A stretch of DNA of 64,000 nucleotides from Methylobacterium sp. (GTDB taxonomy: Bacteria; Pseudomonadota; Alphaproteobacteria; Rhizobiales; Beijerinckiaceae): the NCBI GenBank assembly GCA_020252645.1, contig JADCCN010000001.1:82099-146098 (forward strand). Reading direction: 5' to 3'. Shown here one piece after another: positions 1-9,878 of the stretch. Both the position numbers and the translations under genes were made by a program. The notes beneath the pieces are model-generated. The model was not told the origin of the DNA. It did not search any database and worked only from the letters and a program-made list of their open reading frames with translations. How positions within the stretch are numbered: the first letter of the stretch is position 1; the number at the start of each line of letters is the position of its first letter.

Positions 1-528
1 CGGCGTGTCGTCGGTCTTTGCTCCGGCAAATGACGTCAGATGCACCCAGGCGACATGCGAAGGGTCCAGCAGGTTATCGACGATGTAGAGGTAGTTGCAG
101 GCGATGGTCATGTCGCCGCCCCTGGTCCGGCCCCAGGACGGGTTGTCATAGTCGGGGATATCGATAATCAGGCTTTCATCGGCCTTTTCGGGTGCCCCCA
201 TCCAGATCCAGGCAAAACCATATCGGTCCTTCACCGGATAGCGCCTCACCGCCGCGCCAGTTGGTATCCGCCCTTGCGTCGGCGCAGCCACGCAGGCGCC
301 GCGCTGGTCGAAGGTCAACCCATGGTAGCCGCAGATGATGCGGTCTTCCTTCAGCGTCCCCTTCGAGAGGGGCAGCTTGCGGTGCGGGCAGGCATCTTCA
401 AGGGCTGCGATCTCGCCCGCCGCCGTCCGATATATCACAATGTCTTCGCCAAGGATGCGGACGGCCTTCAGTTGCCGGGTGATCTCGTGTGTCCAGCCTG
501 CGACATACCAGCAGTCTCTCAGAAACAT
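1..528 (-). CDS. Rieske [2Fe-2S] non-haem-iron oxygenase alpha subunit, VanA/phthalate-family-like (N-terminal part only; C-terminus lies beyond the window start)
   Basis: Own translation of the minus strand from the ATG at complement 526-528: MFLRDCWYVAGWTHEI...CPHRKLPLSKGTLKEDRIICGYHG (CxH-x16-CxxH Rieske motif)...DNLLDPSHVAWVH. It is absent from the ORF track because it has no stop inside the window. The 40..618 + ORF is its antisense shadow. Confidence 0.85.
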   Translation of the reverse strand, partial: MFLRDCWYVAGWTHEITRQLKAVRILGEDIVIYRTAAGEIAALEDACPHRKLPLSKGTLKEDRIICGYHGLTFDQRGACVAAPTQGRIPTGAAVRRYPVKDRYGFAWIWMGAPEKADESLIIDIPDYDNPSWGRTRGGDMTIACNYLYIVDNLLDPSHVAWVHLTSFAGAKTDDTP

Positions 529-560
529 GCGCTTTCCCCAGACCTTCTAGCTAGTGCATT

Positions 561-660
561 TTTTCGAAGAAGTGGATACCGGTTCTTCGAAAGAAAACGC
601 GGTCAATCAAGAGTTTAGAGCGGTCGATCCGATTCGGTCAGATCGGCAACCGCTCTAGAG
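561..660. repeat. Mosaic intergenic repeat modules: the cgaagaagtggataccgg module (inverted copy of 12150-12215) followed by the palindromic tagagcgg...ccgctcta module
   Basis: The reverse complement of 561-620 aligns by eye with 12146-12215. The segment 616-660 contains gatcggcaaccgctctaga, the inverse of ctagagcggttgccgatc seen at 12113 and 24586. Confidence 0.7.
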
Positions 661-760
661 CATGATGTGTTCAGACGGAAGCACATCATGCTCTTATCTT
701 TTTATTATCGCATGCTTTTTTGTGAAAAACCGGATTCTACTTTTTCACAGCATGCTCTGG
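654..760. repeat. About 105-bp MITE-like palindromic element, copy 1 (tctagagcatg...catgctct termini, two internal hairpins)
   Basis: Near-identical copies lie at 50690-50796 (full) and 32410-32490 (left-truncated). Hairpin 1 is agagcatgatgtg/cacatcatgctct. Hairpin 2 is tgtgaaaaa/tttttcaca. Confidence 0.8.
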
Positions 761-1025
761 AGCATTTTCAAGCGAAGCGGGCTTTCGGTTCGCGTGACGA
801 AAACGCAACAAGACAACGAGACAGAACACGCGATCTCATTCGATCAGATCGCAAAACTGCGCTGGCCCGAATGAAGGCCGCCAAGACAACTTGCCAACAA
901 CCAAATTGCCAACAACTCAGGCAACCATGACCATAATTGCGCCAGCGTGTAGAATTTGATCGACAGTAAAATGTTGCATGTGTAGCCTTCGCTCGTCAAA
1001 CTGAAAAAAAGGGGCGTCGTGGGCG

Positions 1026-2162
1026 ATGTCGGCACGTGGCGATGCACTTGAACGTGGCGCGCTCAACCTGCTGCTCGGATGCGCGGAAGCGAAGTCTGGC
1101 GACAGCCTCCTGATCCTGCATGAAGATCCCGCGCTGGGCTATTTCGGGCCCGGCCTCGCCGACGCCATTGCTGCGGCTGGCAAGGCGATCGGACTCGATG
1201 TTCGCTTGCGCGCAGTACCGTTCGACGAGCACGCCGAGACATTGCCGGTCGAACTCGCAGTGGAGGTGGGGCGCGCCGACCATACGTTGTTTCTGGCCCG
1301 CCTTGGTGATCAGTTGCGTTTTCGCGAATTGCCGGCGGGAGCCAGGCCGATCGTGAGTTACGTGCTCGATCAGAATGCCATGGCTTCTGCGCTCGGGGCC
1401 GCACCACATGCAGCATTTGTGGCGCTCAAGGGAGCATTCAACCGGCTTTTTGCGAGTGCGGGCGACATCCATGTTACCTGCCCTCTTGGAACGGATTTTC
1501 GTGGCAGGCCTCCTGTGCCAGATGGTGGCGAGGTTCCTGATGTTGGCATCAAACGCTTCCCGGTGTCGGTGTTTGCGCCCATTGATGCGGCCTCTTTCAG
1601 CGGAAAGGTTGCGGTCGCGCATCTGCTCGTCGGCACCGGCTCGAGATACTATCAGCCCTACGGGATTCCGCTTCGTTCAACCCTTTTCGCGCGTCTCGGA
1701 CAAGGTCGCATCGAAGGCTGGGAAGGCTTGCCCGATGAGGTCGCGCGCGCCGAGCTTCACTACCGACATGTCTCGAACCTGTTCGGCATCGACGGGAGTT
1801 TCGTGCACTCCTGGCATGCGGGGATTCATCCCGGCTGCGCCTACCCGGAGCGTGCGGAAGCCAGCTACGAGCGCTGGAGCGGCTCGGCATTCGGCAACCC
1901 GCGCCTGCTGCATTTCCACACCTGTGGGGCCTACGCGCCCGGTGAAATCTGCTGGAACGTCGTTGATCCGACAATCCGCGTCGATGGCGTTGCGATCTGG
2001 GAGAACGGCGTCATCAACATCAATGCGGTGCGAGGTGCACCCGATATTCTGGCTGCATATCCCGAGGTGGGCGAATTATTCGACAATCCGGCAAGAGAGA
2101 TAGGGATTGGAGAAATAGGGATTGGGGAAAACGGGATTTCCATGCCGGGTGCGCGGCGATGA
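1026..2162 (+). CDS. M29-aminopeptidase / NicX (2,5-dihydroxypyridine dioxygenase)-like superfamily protein, function unknown
   Basis: 378-aa ORF with normal codon bias for this genome. The N-terminal LLGCAEAKSGDSLLILHED... and C-terminal ...HSWHAGIHPG...LLHFHTCG... resemble my recollection of the NicX/aminopeptidase-T fold family. The family call is tentative. Confidence 0.6.
   Translation: MSARGDALERGALNLLLGCAEAKSGDSLLILHEDPALGYFGPGLADAIAAAGKAIGLDVRLRAVPFDEHAETLPVELAVEVGRADHTLFLARLGDQLRFRELPAGARPIVSYVLDQNAMASALGAAPHAAFVALKGAFNRLFASAGDIHVTCPLGTDFRGRPPVPDGGEVPDVGIKRFPVSVFAPIDAASFSGKVAVAHLLVGTGSRYYQPYGIPLRSTLFARLGQGRIEGWEGLPDEVARAELHYRHVSNLFGIDGSFVHSWHAGIHPGCAYPERAEASYERWSGSAFGNPRLLHFHTCGAYAPGEICWNVVDPTIRVDGVAIWENGVININAVRGAPDILAAYPEVGELFDNPAREIGIGEIGIGENGISMPGARR
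2097..2141 (+). repeat. 3 x 15-bp in-frame tandem repeat in the C-terminal tail of the preceding CDS (EIGIG-EIGIG-ENGIS)
   Basis: gagatagggattgga / gaaatagggattggg / gaaaacgggatttcc, read directly from the sequence. Confidence 0.8.
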
Positions 2163-2231
2163 CCGCCTATCTGGTCAACCGCAGGGATGTCTGCCAGGGG
2201 ACCGCCATTGCTGCGACGGGAGGGCCATATC

Positions 2232-2852
2232 ATGGACGAAAATGCCCCCCGCAAATCCGAGGAGACGGCGCGGCGTGTCGGCCTCGACATCAACTTGGCA
2301 GTTGGTCGGACGATCAGGGAGCTCCGCGACCTCAAGCGAATGACGGCGCGCGACCTCGGCCTGCGCGCAGGCGTGTCGCCTGCCATGATTTCGCGGGTCG
2401 AAAGCGGTCAGGTTTCGCCATCCCTGAGTGTCCTCGAAATGCTCGCCGCGGCGCTCGAAGTGCCGATGGTCAGCCTGTTCCGGGATACGGGTTCGGCAGT
2501 GGCCGACTTCACGCATGTGAAGAAAGGGCAAGGGCTCAAATCGACCCGCCTGATGGGCCAGCACATCCACGATTTTGTCATGCTTGGATTTCATCGACGC
2601 AGAGATCTCCAGTTCGAGAGCCTGCTCGTTACGATCGAGCGCAACGAAAAAACCTCGCCGCCGACCTATACCGGGCATGGCTGTGTCTTCGTCTATGTGC
2701 TCGAAGGCGAAGCGATCTACCGTTATGGCCAGCAGGAGGTGAAGCTGGGCGAAGGGGACTCGCTCTGCCTCGACGCGGAACTGCGCTACGGCATCCAGGA
2801 AGTTCTGTCGCCCCGGCTGCGCTTCTTGTCGGTTCAGGCGGAGCGTCGCTGA
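2232..2852 (+). CDS. XRE-family HTH transcriptional regulator with C-terminal cupin domain
   Basis: LRDLKRMTARDLGLRAGVSPAMISRVESGQVSPSLSVLEMLAAALEVPMVSLF is an HTH_3 motif. The C-terminal ...GHGCVFVYVLEGEAIYRYGQQEVKLGEGDSL is cupin-like. The start was moved to the internal ATG (MDENAPRK), so it is uncertain (the ORF opens at 2187). Confidence 0.85.
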   Translation: MDENAPRKSEETARRVGLDINLAVGRTIRELRDLKRMTARDLGLRAGVSPAMISRVESGQVSPSLSVLEMLAAALEVPMVSLFRDTGSAVADFTHVKKGQGLKSTRLMGQHIHDFVMLGFHRRRDLQFESLLVTIERNEKTSPPTYTGHGCVFVYVLEGEAIYRYGQQEVKLGEGDSLCLDAELRYGIQEVLSPRLRFLSVQAERR

Positions 2853-2967
2853 ACATGCTCGCATTGACACTTTCAGGCGGGCGCAAGACGATGTTCTCCC
2901 GCATTGATCCTGACACTCGCCTGCTTTGTCCCATCCCGATCCTTCGCACTCATTCAGGAGCCCTCTC

Positions 2968-3780
2968 ATGAAACGTCGTGATCTCGCCAAATCCCTCCTT
3001 CTTGCCGGAACAGCAGCCGCGCTGGCGAACACCGCCGCCAAGGCACAGACCGCACCGGCAGCCGGCGCCGGCCGTCTTGGTGAAATACTGAAGCGCGGCA
3101 CAATCCGGATCGGCACCACTGGCGATTTCAATCCGATGTCCTTCCGAAATCCCGGCTCCAACGAGTATACCGGCTTTGACATCGAGGCGATGACCGAGTT
3201 CGCCAAGGATCTGGGCGCCAGGATCGAGTGGGTGCCGACGGAATGGGCTACGCTGGTCGCCGGAATTGCAGCCAATCGCTACGACATCTTTTCCGGTGCC
3301 TCGGTCAGCATGGGCAGGGCCCGCACGGCCGCGTTCAGCGCGCCCTATATCGAGGCCGGGACCGTGCCGCTTTCATTGAAAGCCAATGCAGCCCGGTTCA
3401 GCACCTGGGAATCGATCAACGAAGCCGGTGTGCGGGTGGCTGTCAGCATGGGCACGGTGTTCCATGATCAGGCTCGCGCGCATTTCCCCAAGGCCGCCAT
3501 CCAGGCTGTGCAAACTCCGGCGACGGGTTTTCAGGAGGTGCTGGCCGGTCGCGCCGATGTCACCATCACCAGCAACGTCGAGGCGTCGACGCTGGTCAAG
3601 CGCTTTGACCAGTTGACGATCAATGTGAAGGGCACCGAAATGCGCAACAAGCGGCCCTTTGCCTATGTCGTGGCCCAGGATGACGCGATCTGGCTGAACT
3701 ATGTCAACACCTGGGTTGTGTTGAAAAAGAGCGAAGGCTTCTTTGACATGCTTCAGGCGAAGTGGCTGCCATCCAGCTGA
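2968..3780 (+). CDS. Periplasmic solute-binding protein, family 3 (polar amino-acid type; PheC/cyclohexadienyl-dehydratase-like)
   Basis: Signal peptide MKRRDLAKSLLLAGTAAALANTAAKAQ. RIGTTGDFNPMSF...GFDIEAM...IFSGASVSMGRARTAAFSAPY is typical of SBP_bac_3. AGGAG lies 8 nt upstream of the ATG at 2968. Confidence 0.85.
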   Translation: MKRRDLAKSLLLAGTAAALANTAAKAQTAPAAGAGRLGEILKRGTIRIGTTGDFNPMSFRNPGSNEYTGFDIEAMTEFAKDLGARIEWVPTEWATLVAGIAANRYDIFSGASVSMGRARTAAFSAPYIEAGTVPLSLKANAARFSTWESINEAGVRVAVSMGTVFHDQARAHFPKAAIQAVQTPATGFQEVLAGRADVTITSNVEASTLVKRFDQLTINVKGTEMRNKRPFAYVVAQDDAIWLNYVNTWVVLKKSEGFFDMLQAKWLPSS

Positions 3781-3790
3781 TTGCATCGCC

Positions 3791-4561
3791 ATGGTCACCA
3801 GCTCCCTCGCGGCAAGATTCCTCGTGCTTGCCGCAGTGGCTCTCGCCGTCAGCGGTTGCACCAGTTCGACCTATACCTGGGGCTGGCACGTCATCTCGCC
3901 CTTCGATGCGCGCGGGCAGAACAATCTTTTGTTCCTCACCTCCGGTATCTGGGCGACGTTATCGATTTCGATCATTTCGATCGTCATTTCGGTCCTGGTC
4001 GGGATCGCGGTGGCGTTAGCTGCGTTGTCAAAGCAGAAAGCCCTGCGCGGGTTCAATCAAGTCTATGTCGAGACGTTTCGCTCGGTGCCATTGCTGGTTC
4101 TGCTGCTTTGGGTCTATTACGGCCTGCCCGTGGTTGCCGGTATCCAGTTCGGGGTGTTCGCAGCGGGTGTGATCTCACTTGCCTTGTCCGACTCGGCCTT
4201 CGAGGCGGAAATCTTCCGGGCCGGCATCCAGTCAATTCCGAAAGGCCAGTGGGAAGCCGGGCGCAGCATCGGGTTGACCTCCTGGCAGGTGATGCGCTTC
4301 ATCGTTTTGCCGCAAGCCATCCGGCGCATCTTGCCGGCGCTCGGCAACCAGTTCGTCTACGTACTCAAGATGTCGTCGCTGATTTCGGTCATCGGCTATC
4401 AGGAACTGACAAGGCGGGCCAATGAACTGACGCTGGTCGAGTACCGCCCGCTCGAAATCTACACGTTGCTGGTGCTTGAATACCTGCTGCTCATCCTCGC
4501 CGTCTCATGGCTGGTGCGTCGCCTTGAGCGGCACATGGGAGCCAGCGACCGCGGGCATTGA
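3791..4561 (+). CDS. Amino-acid ABC transporter permease (His/Glu/Gln/Arg/opine family)
   Basis: Multi-TM protein. It has FRSVPLLVLLLWVYYGLP and the EAA-loop-like AEIFRAGIQSIPKGQWEAGRSIGLTSWQVMRFIVLPQA. No ATPase gene follows it. Confidence 0.85.
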   Translation: MVTSSLAARFLVLAAVALAVSGCTSSTYTWGWHVISPFDARGQNNLLFLTSGIWATLSISIISIVISVLVGIAVALAALSKQKALRGFNQVYVETFRSVPLLVLLLWVYYGLPVVAGIQFGVFAAGVISLALSDSAFEAEIFRAGIQSIPKGQWEAGRSIGLTSWQVMRFIVLPQAIRRILPALGNQFVYVLKMSSLISVIGYQELTRRANELTLVEYRPLEIYTLLVLEYLLLILAVSWLVRRLERHMGASDRGH

Positions 4562-4570
4562 GTTTCGCTC

Positions 4571-5341
4571 TCAGGTCGCGGCGCAAAACATCGCGAAGTC
4601 ACGCGCCAGATCATCCGCGGCGAGGCCAATCAGTTTTTCACCGGCTTCGCATGTTGCGAGCGCCGAATGCGAGATCACGCGGCCATCGGGATAACGCGCC
4701 TTGTAATCGTTGGCGTCGTAGTAGTTGTCGCCGGCATGGAGCAGCACATCATGGTCCGGCTGCTTTGGAGCCGGACGCTCGAACGGCCTGATATGATCCG
4801 GATGGGATGCCATGGTGATGGCCACCTCCGACGGTGTGACGTGATACCCCTCCTGCTCGCCATAAAGCGTCTTGCGAAGCGCATCGGCCGACGGCATTTC
4901 CCACCAGCTCTTCAGGCGACAATGCACAGGGCTTGGCACCTTGCTGCCCGCCAGTGACAGCGCTGCGTAGAACTCCTGAATAGCCGAACGGACCGGAGCC
5001 AGATTGCCGCCATGACCGTTCAGGATATAGAGGCGGGTGAAGCCTGTTGCGGCCAGCGAAGCAATGATGTCGTGCACCATCGCGGTTAATGTCGACGGCC
5101 TGAGCGTGATCGTGCCGGCGAAGCCCAGATGAAATTGCGACATGCCGTAGGCGATCGTCGGCGCGACCACGACGCCATGGACCTCACCGAAGCGGCGCGC
5201 GATGACTTCCGCACAGAGATGATCCGTCCCGATCAGGCCGTCCGGCCCGTGCTGCTCGGTCGCTCCGACCGGTATCACGATGCCCGGCTTGGTTCGGAGA
5301 TAGGCATCGACCGCGGGGGAGGTCATCAGTTCAAGTCGCAT
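4571..5341 (-). CDS. Creatininase-family amidohydrolase
   Basis: PVGATEQHGPDGLIGTD...ILNGHGGN motifs are characteristic of the creatinine amidohydrolase family. Confidence 0.85.
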   Translation of the reverse strand: MRLELMTSPAVDAYLRTKPGIVIPVGATEQHGPDGLIGTDHLCAEVIARRFGEVHGVVVAPTIAYGMSQFHLGFAGTITLRPSTLTAMVHDIIASLAATGFTRLYILNGHGGNLAPVRSAIQEFYAALSLAGSKVPSPVHCRLKSWWEMPSADALRKTLYGEQEGYHVTPSEVAITMASHPDHIRPFERPAPKQPDHDVLLHAGDNYYDANDYKARYPDGRVISHSALATCEAGEKLIGLAADDLARDFAMFCAAT

Positions 5342-5415
5342 CTGAGGCGGTATCCTTTCGTGGTCGCGTCAGGCTAATCTCAGCCGACGCAGGAGTCGAA
5401 CCGGAGCGGGGTTGC

Positions 5416-6075
5416 ATGCACATCTATCAACTGCCCATCTCGCTCTACAGCTTCAAACTCAGGTTGGCGCTGAAACTCAAAGGCCTCGATATCGAACTCC
5501 GTGACCCGCCCGGCGGAAGCTATCGCTCGCCGGAACATCTCGCGATCAATCCGGCCGGCACCATTCCGGCGCTGATCGATGATGACCTGATGCTCACCGA
5601 AACCGACAGCATCATCGAGTATCTCGAAGATCGCCGCCTGGGCACTGCGCTTTTTCCATCCGACCTCAAGGCGCGCGCCCGAATGCGGATGCTCTCGCGC
5701 TGGGTTGACCTCAGACTCGAAGCGGCCATCCGCAGCCTGTTCGGACATGTGGCGCCCGTCAGTCGCAATCCGCAAATCGTGGCCTCGGCGGACAAGCGGA
5801 TCGCGGAGAGTCTGGCCCTGATCGAAAGTGCCATGGACGAGGCTGGACCTTTCATGCTGGGCGAGAAGCCCGGGATGGCGGATTGCGGACTTGTCGCCGG
5901 CCTGTGCTGGCTTGATGCCTTGCGACGGCCGCTTGCCCTTGCCGCCATGCCGGGCACACGCATGGCGCGCATGGTTGCAGCGATGACCGACGATCCGCGC
6001 GTGGCATCGGAGATTGACGCCTACCGCCCGCTTCTTTCGGCCTGGGTCGCGGCCAGGACTGCTCCCGCAGACTGA
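5416..6075 (+). CDS. Glutathione S-transferase family protein
   Basis: The N-terminal thioredoxin-like GST signature is ...INPAGTIPALIDDDLMLTETDSIIEYLED. Confidence 0.8.
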   Translation: MHIYQLPISLYSFKLRLALKLKGLDIELRDPPGGSYRSPEHLAINPAGTIPALIDDDLMLTETDSIIEYLEDRRLGTALFPSDLKARARMRMLSRWVDLRLEAAIRSLFGHVAPVSRNPQIVASADKRIAESLALIESAMDEAGPFMLGEKPGMADCGLVAGLCWLDALRRPLALAAMPGTRMARMVAAMTDDPRVASEIDAYRPLLSAWVAARTAPAD

Positions 6076-6094
6076 CCAGCCGCAGGGTTGGCGG

Positions 6095-6673
6095 TCATGA
6101 CGGTTTCCATGATCGCGGCGGGGCGATCATGACGCCTGGCCTCAGGGCCGAGGTGCCGCCCGAGGCTACCGTCAGCCAGTCCTCAATGAAGCCCGCATGG
6201 GAGCGGTCGACGATGATCCGGAAGCCCGGCTGCGGGCCTTCGCTTCGGATGATGATGACGGCTGTTCCCCATAGCTCCGTCCCCGTGGCAGACCCGGCAG
6301 GCATGGCGGCCTCCGAGAGATCCAGCGCCGAGCCCTGCGCGAGAATGTCCGCGCAACCTTTGCCGCTCAGATCGAAGGCCGCGAACATGTCGGACACAAG
6401 CGCAAAATCGGCGCCGGGCACCTTCGCAAAGGCACCATCAAGCGCTTCCCCGAGCGCGGCTTCCTCGCGAGCCTCACCCATGATCAGGACGCGGCGCGGA
6501 CCAAGACGCAGAACGGCAGGGCGAGTGGGCTGCCCCGCAACGCTCTTTGCCGCGGGCGGCAAATTCAGCCCTGATGCCACGAGTGCCGCCAAAAGCCCGG
6601 CTTCGCTGCCGCGAGCCTCGAAGAGCGCGAGCATCGGAAGGCGCGTGATCCGGGCGGGGTAACGCTGGCTCAT
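6095..6673 (-). CDS. soxG: Sarcosine oxidase gamma subunit
   Basis: 192-aa ORF translationally coupled (4-nt overlap) to soxA in the conserved soxBDAG order. The call rests on SoxG-like length and position. Confidence 0.8.
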   Translation of the reverse strand: MSQRYPARITRLPMLALFEARGSEAGLLAALVASGLNLPPAAKSVAGQPTRPAVLRLGPRRVLIMGEAREEAALGEALDGAFAKVPGADFALVSDMFAAFDLSGKGCADILAQGSALDLSEAAMPAGSATGTELWGTAVIIIRSEGPQPGFRIIVDRSHAGFIEDWLTVASGGTSALRPGVMIAPPRSWKPS

Positions 6674-9603
6674 GACTTTACCCGTGCGCGGTCAGCATCA
6701 TGGAACACGGGGGGCACCACGGTCATCGGGATGATTTCATCGCGAACCCGCGCGTGAACGGTTTGCCCTATGCGGGCACGACCATGCCTCAGCAACCCGA
6801 GTGCAATGACGCGCCCCTGGGCGACACTCATGACGCAGGCTGAGACGAACCCTTCCTGATCGGCCTTGTCGCCGTTTGGCGTCAGTGGCGCGCCCTCAGG
6901 AACACGTTTCGCGGGATCGCCGGGCAACAGGCCGATCAGCTCGAAACGCTGGGGATCCGCCAGTCGGCGCAACTCCATTGAGCGCTTGCCGATGAAATCA
7001 GGCTTGGTGCGCGAGACCAGCGGCCCAAGGCCCAGATCGAACGCATCGGAGGTGCCGTCGACCTCGTGCCCGGTCGAGATATAGCCGGCCTCGACTCGCA
7101 AGATGTGGTTGGCCTCGGAACCGACTGGCGTGATGCCGAAGGGTTGACCTGCCGCCATGATCCGCTCCCACAGAGCCAAGGCATGCCGCGCTGGCGTGTT
7201 GAGCTCGAAGCTGGCTTCACCAGTCCAGCTTACGCGAAAAACGCGCACCGGAATGTCGCCGATCAATCCCTCGGTCATGCCCATGAAGGGCAGCGCTTCG
7301 CGCGAGACATCAAAATCGGGCTGCAACGCTTCCAGCACCCGACGCGCCATTGGCCCGCACAAGGTGGCGTTTGCCCATTGCGAGGTGACAGGTATCAGGC
7401 TCAACTGCCAGTCAGGCCGGTGCACTTGAAGGATCTGCTCGATGTGTTGATGGACACGGTCGGCGGCACCTGTCGAGGAATGCAGCAGCCACTGCTGTTC
7501 ATTCAGCCGGAAGACCACGCCATCATCCATGATCAACCCGTCATCGGACAGCATCACGCCATACTTGCCACGGCGTGGCGAAAGCCTGGCAAAATCGCTG
7601 ATATAGAGAAGATCGAGCAGCTTGGGCACATCCGGCCCCTTCAGCTGGAACTTGCCAAGCGGCGTGCCATCGTAGACGCCAACTGTCTCACGCACGGCTT
7701 TCGCTTCGCGCGAAGCGGCCATCGCCCAATCTTCGCCCGGCAACGGATAATAGCCCGGCCTTTGCCAGCGCAGTCCCGCTTCATACAACACCGCACCACG
7801 GGCAATGTGCCAATCCGTGAGGGGCGTGTGCCGCCAGGGATAAAGCCGCGCCTTGTTGCGCTGGCCGGCAATCGCGCCAAACTCGACCGGCACGAAGGGT
7901 GGCCTGAACGTTGTGGTGCCAACGGTTTGGGTCGTGGCTCCGGTCAGCGCGCCGACAATGCCGATGACATTGACATGACCTGATTTGCCTTGGTCAACGC
8001 CCATGCCCGCCGTGGTGTAGCGCTTCAGCAACTCGATTGAATCGAACCCTTCGCGCAGGGCAAGGCCAACATCAGCCGTGGTGACATCACCGGACAAGTC
8101 GACAAATACCTTCTCGCCCTTCTTGCGTGGAGGCACAAACCAGAGGGGCGAGACGCGCCGCGTGACGAAAGGCTCGAGCAGTGCGGGTTGTTCAAGCGCC
8201 GGCGCCTTGCGACCGAGCACTGCGAGCACATCGGCGGCTGCACGCGCGCCATCCATGGCACATCCGGCCGGGTCAAATTCAGCGCGGGCGGCCCCGGCAA
8301 GGCGGAAGCCGGCCGGTCCGTGGGCGGCCACGAATGTCGCCAGATCCTCATGCCAAACCGAACGAGCCTCGCGCGTCTGGGATGCCATGTGAAAGGTCGG
8401 GTTCCATCCGCCGGACACCGCGACAAGATCGCATGAAAGCCGACTGACACGACCGCTGCCGTCGATCACATCGACAGCCTCGACACGGCCCCTGCCATAG
8501 GCCTTGCAGACTTGAGAGCCTCGGCTGAGGGCGATATTGGCCGCAGTCAGCGCCGAGATGGCTTCAACCTCCGGCTCCGCCCTTGTATCGACGACGGTGA
8601 CCCCTGCGCCGGCCTGAGACAGGGCCAGCGCAGTGCCATAGGCCGAGACATTGTTCGTGAAGACCACGGCGCGCTGTCCAGCCCGGACACCAAAACGCCC
8701 GAGCCATGTCCTGGCAGCCGATGCAAGCATCACGCCGGGCCGGTCATGATTGGCGAACGGAATGGGCCGCTCAAGCGCGCCGGCAGCGACAATGACCTCC
8801 GCTGCCCTGATCTTCCAGTTGCGCAGATCAAGCCCGGCCGCATCACGCGGGTTACGCTCCAGCACCGTGATCAGATTATGCTCGTGATAACCCCATGCAG
8901 TCGAGTTTGGCAGAAGCCGCACATTGGGCATCGCGCTGAGTTCCTGCCAGCTCCTTTCGGCCCAGCCCAGCGGGTCGCCCCCATCGCCGCTCAAGCGCCC
9001 GCCGGGTGCGCTGCCATCATCGACGAGGATCACGCCGGCGCCTGATCGCCCCGCCACCAGCGCGGCGCCGAGCCCTGCTGGCCCCGCGCCAATCACCATC
9101 ACATCGCAGGCGCCAAACCGGCTCTCGCTGACGGGCTCCCAGACATCTGCGCCAGGCACACGGCCAAGCCCGGCGGCAGCGCGGATGAATGGCTCGAACA
9201 GGTGCCATGTGGGCCACATGAAAGTCTTGTAGTAAAAGCCTGCCGGCAGAAACCGCGAGAACAACTGCGCCACCGCTCCCAGATCGCGGCGCGCATTCGG
9301 CCATGTGCCGACACTGCGATAGACGCCATGGTTCTCGAGTGTGGTGGTTGTCGCGAGCTGGTTCGTGGCTGGCCTCGGGCCGAGCCGCTCAACCATGCTG
9401 CCGGGATCATCATAGCCGGCCCCGAACAGCCCGCGTGGCCGGTGCAGCTTGAAGCTTCGTCCAACCACCATCACGTCATTGGCCAGCAGGGCTGACGCCA
9501 GCGTGTCCCCGGCAAAGCCGGCGAGCGACATGCCATCAAAGCTGAAAGAGATGGGCTTCGTGCGGTCGATCGCGCCGCCCTGTGCCAGACGCGATGCCGT
9601 CAT
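6670..9603 (-). CDS. soxA: Sarcosine oxidase alpha subunit
   Basis: 977 aa. It has the N-terminal 2Fe-2S-like/ADP-binding VIGAGPAGLGAALVAGRSGAGVILVDD and a C-terminal GcvT-like aminomethyltransferase fold (...VYDGTPLGKFQLKGPD...). Confidence 0.95.
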   Translation of the reverse strand: MTASRLAQGGAIDRTKPISFSFDGMSLAGFAGDTLASALLANDVMVVGRSFKLHRPRGLFGAGYDDPGSMVERLGPRPATNQLATTTTLENHGVYRSVGTWPNARRDLGAVAQLFSRFLPAGFYYKTFMWPTWHLFEPFIRAAAGLGRVPGADVWEPVSESRFGACDVMVIGAGPAGLGAALVAGRSGAGVILVDDGSAPGGRLSGDGGDPLGWAERSWQELSAMPNVRLLPNSTAWGYHEHNLITVLERNPRDAAGLDLRNWKIRAAEVIVAAGALERPIPFANHDRPGVMLASAARTWLGRFGVRAGQRAVVFTNNVSAYGTALALSQAGAGVTVVDTRAEPEVEAISALTAANIALSRGSQVCKAYGRGRVEAVDVIDGSGRVSRLSCDLVAVSGGWNPTFHMASQTREARSVWHEDLATFVAAHGPAGFRLAGAARAEFDPAGCAMDGARAAADVLAVLGRKAPALEQPALLEPFVTRRVSPLWFVPPRKKGEKVFVDLSGDVTTADVGLALREGFDSIELLKRYTTAGMGVDQGKSGHVNVIGIVGALTGATTQTVGTTTFRPPFVPVEFGAIAGQRNKARLYPWRHTPLTDWHIARGAVLYEAGLRWQRPGYYPLPGEDWAMAASREAKAVRETVGVYDGTPLGKFQLKGPDVPKLLDLLYISDFARLSPRRGKYGVMLSDDGLIMDDGVVFRLNEQQWLLHSSTGAADRVHQHIEQILQVHRPDWQLSLIPVTSQWANATLCGPMARRVLEALQPDFDVSREALPFMGMTEGLIGDIPVRVFRVSWTGEASFELNTPARHALALWERIMAAGQPFGITPVGSEANHILRVEAGYISTGHEVDGTSDAFDLGLGPLVSRTKPDFIGKRSMELRRLADPQRFELIGLLPGDPAKRVPEGAPLTPNGDKADQEGFVSACVMSVAQGRVIALGLLRHGRARIGQTVHARVRDEIIPMTVVPPVFHDADRARVKS

Positions 9604-9866
9604 GGCGCCGCCTCATCGGCCGCCATGTCGAAAACCTGATGAGTGACCGTGTCGCGCGCGACCACGAAAATCATGTTGCATCCGCGCATATGCCACCAGC
9701 GCTCGTTGTGGCGGCCGCGGATGTTTTGCCTGTCGCAGATATAGGCCGTCCACTCGGCATCGGTGAGCGCCGCTGGATCATCCGGGCGCGGGCGCGTGGC
9801 TTCGCCCAGATTGACGAACTCGCCTTCAGGGCGCCTGCCACACCACGGGCATGTCAACATCAGCAT
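9600..9866 (-). CDS. soxD: Sarcosine oxidase delta subunit
   Basis: 88 aa. MLMLTCPWCGRRPEGEF...WWHMRGC carries a Zn-ribbon Cys pattern typical of SoxD. It overlaps soxA by 4 nt. Confidence 0.9.
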   Translation of the reverse strand: MLMLTCPWCGRRPEGEFVNLGEATRPRPDDPAALTDAEWTAYICDRQNIRGRHNERWWHMRGCNMIFVVARDTVTHQVFDMAADEAAP

Positions 9867-9878
9867 GATGATGTTCTC

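Noticed and set aside
40-618. 192-aa plus-strand ORF at the window start
   Set aside because: It is antisense to the clearly real Rieske oxygenase gene (1-528, minus strand). It has no motifs of its own.
667-930. ORFs translated from the mosaic repeats (MFRRKHIMLLSFYYRMLFCEKPDSTFSQHALE... here, and the near-identical 50703-51029 ORF)
   Set aside because: The shared peptide is simply the translation of the repeated palindromic DNA element. There is no RBS, the downstream parts are unrelated, and the DNA-level hairpins explain the conservation.
2097-2141. The in-frame 15-bp x3 repeat (EIGIG) as a contingency locus
   Set aside because: There are only three imperfect copies, in a C-terminal tail. 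The repeat is in-frame, so copy changes would not switch expression. It is recorded as a feature only.
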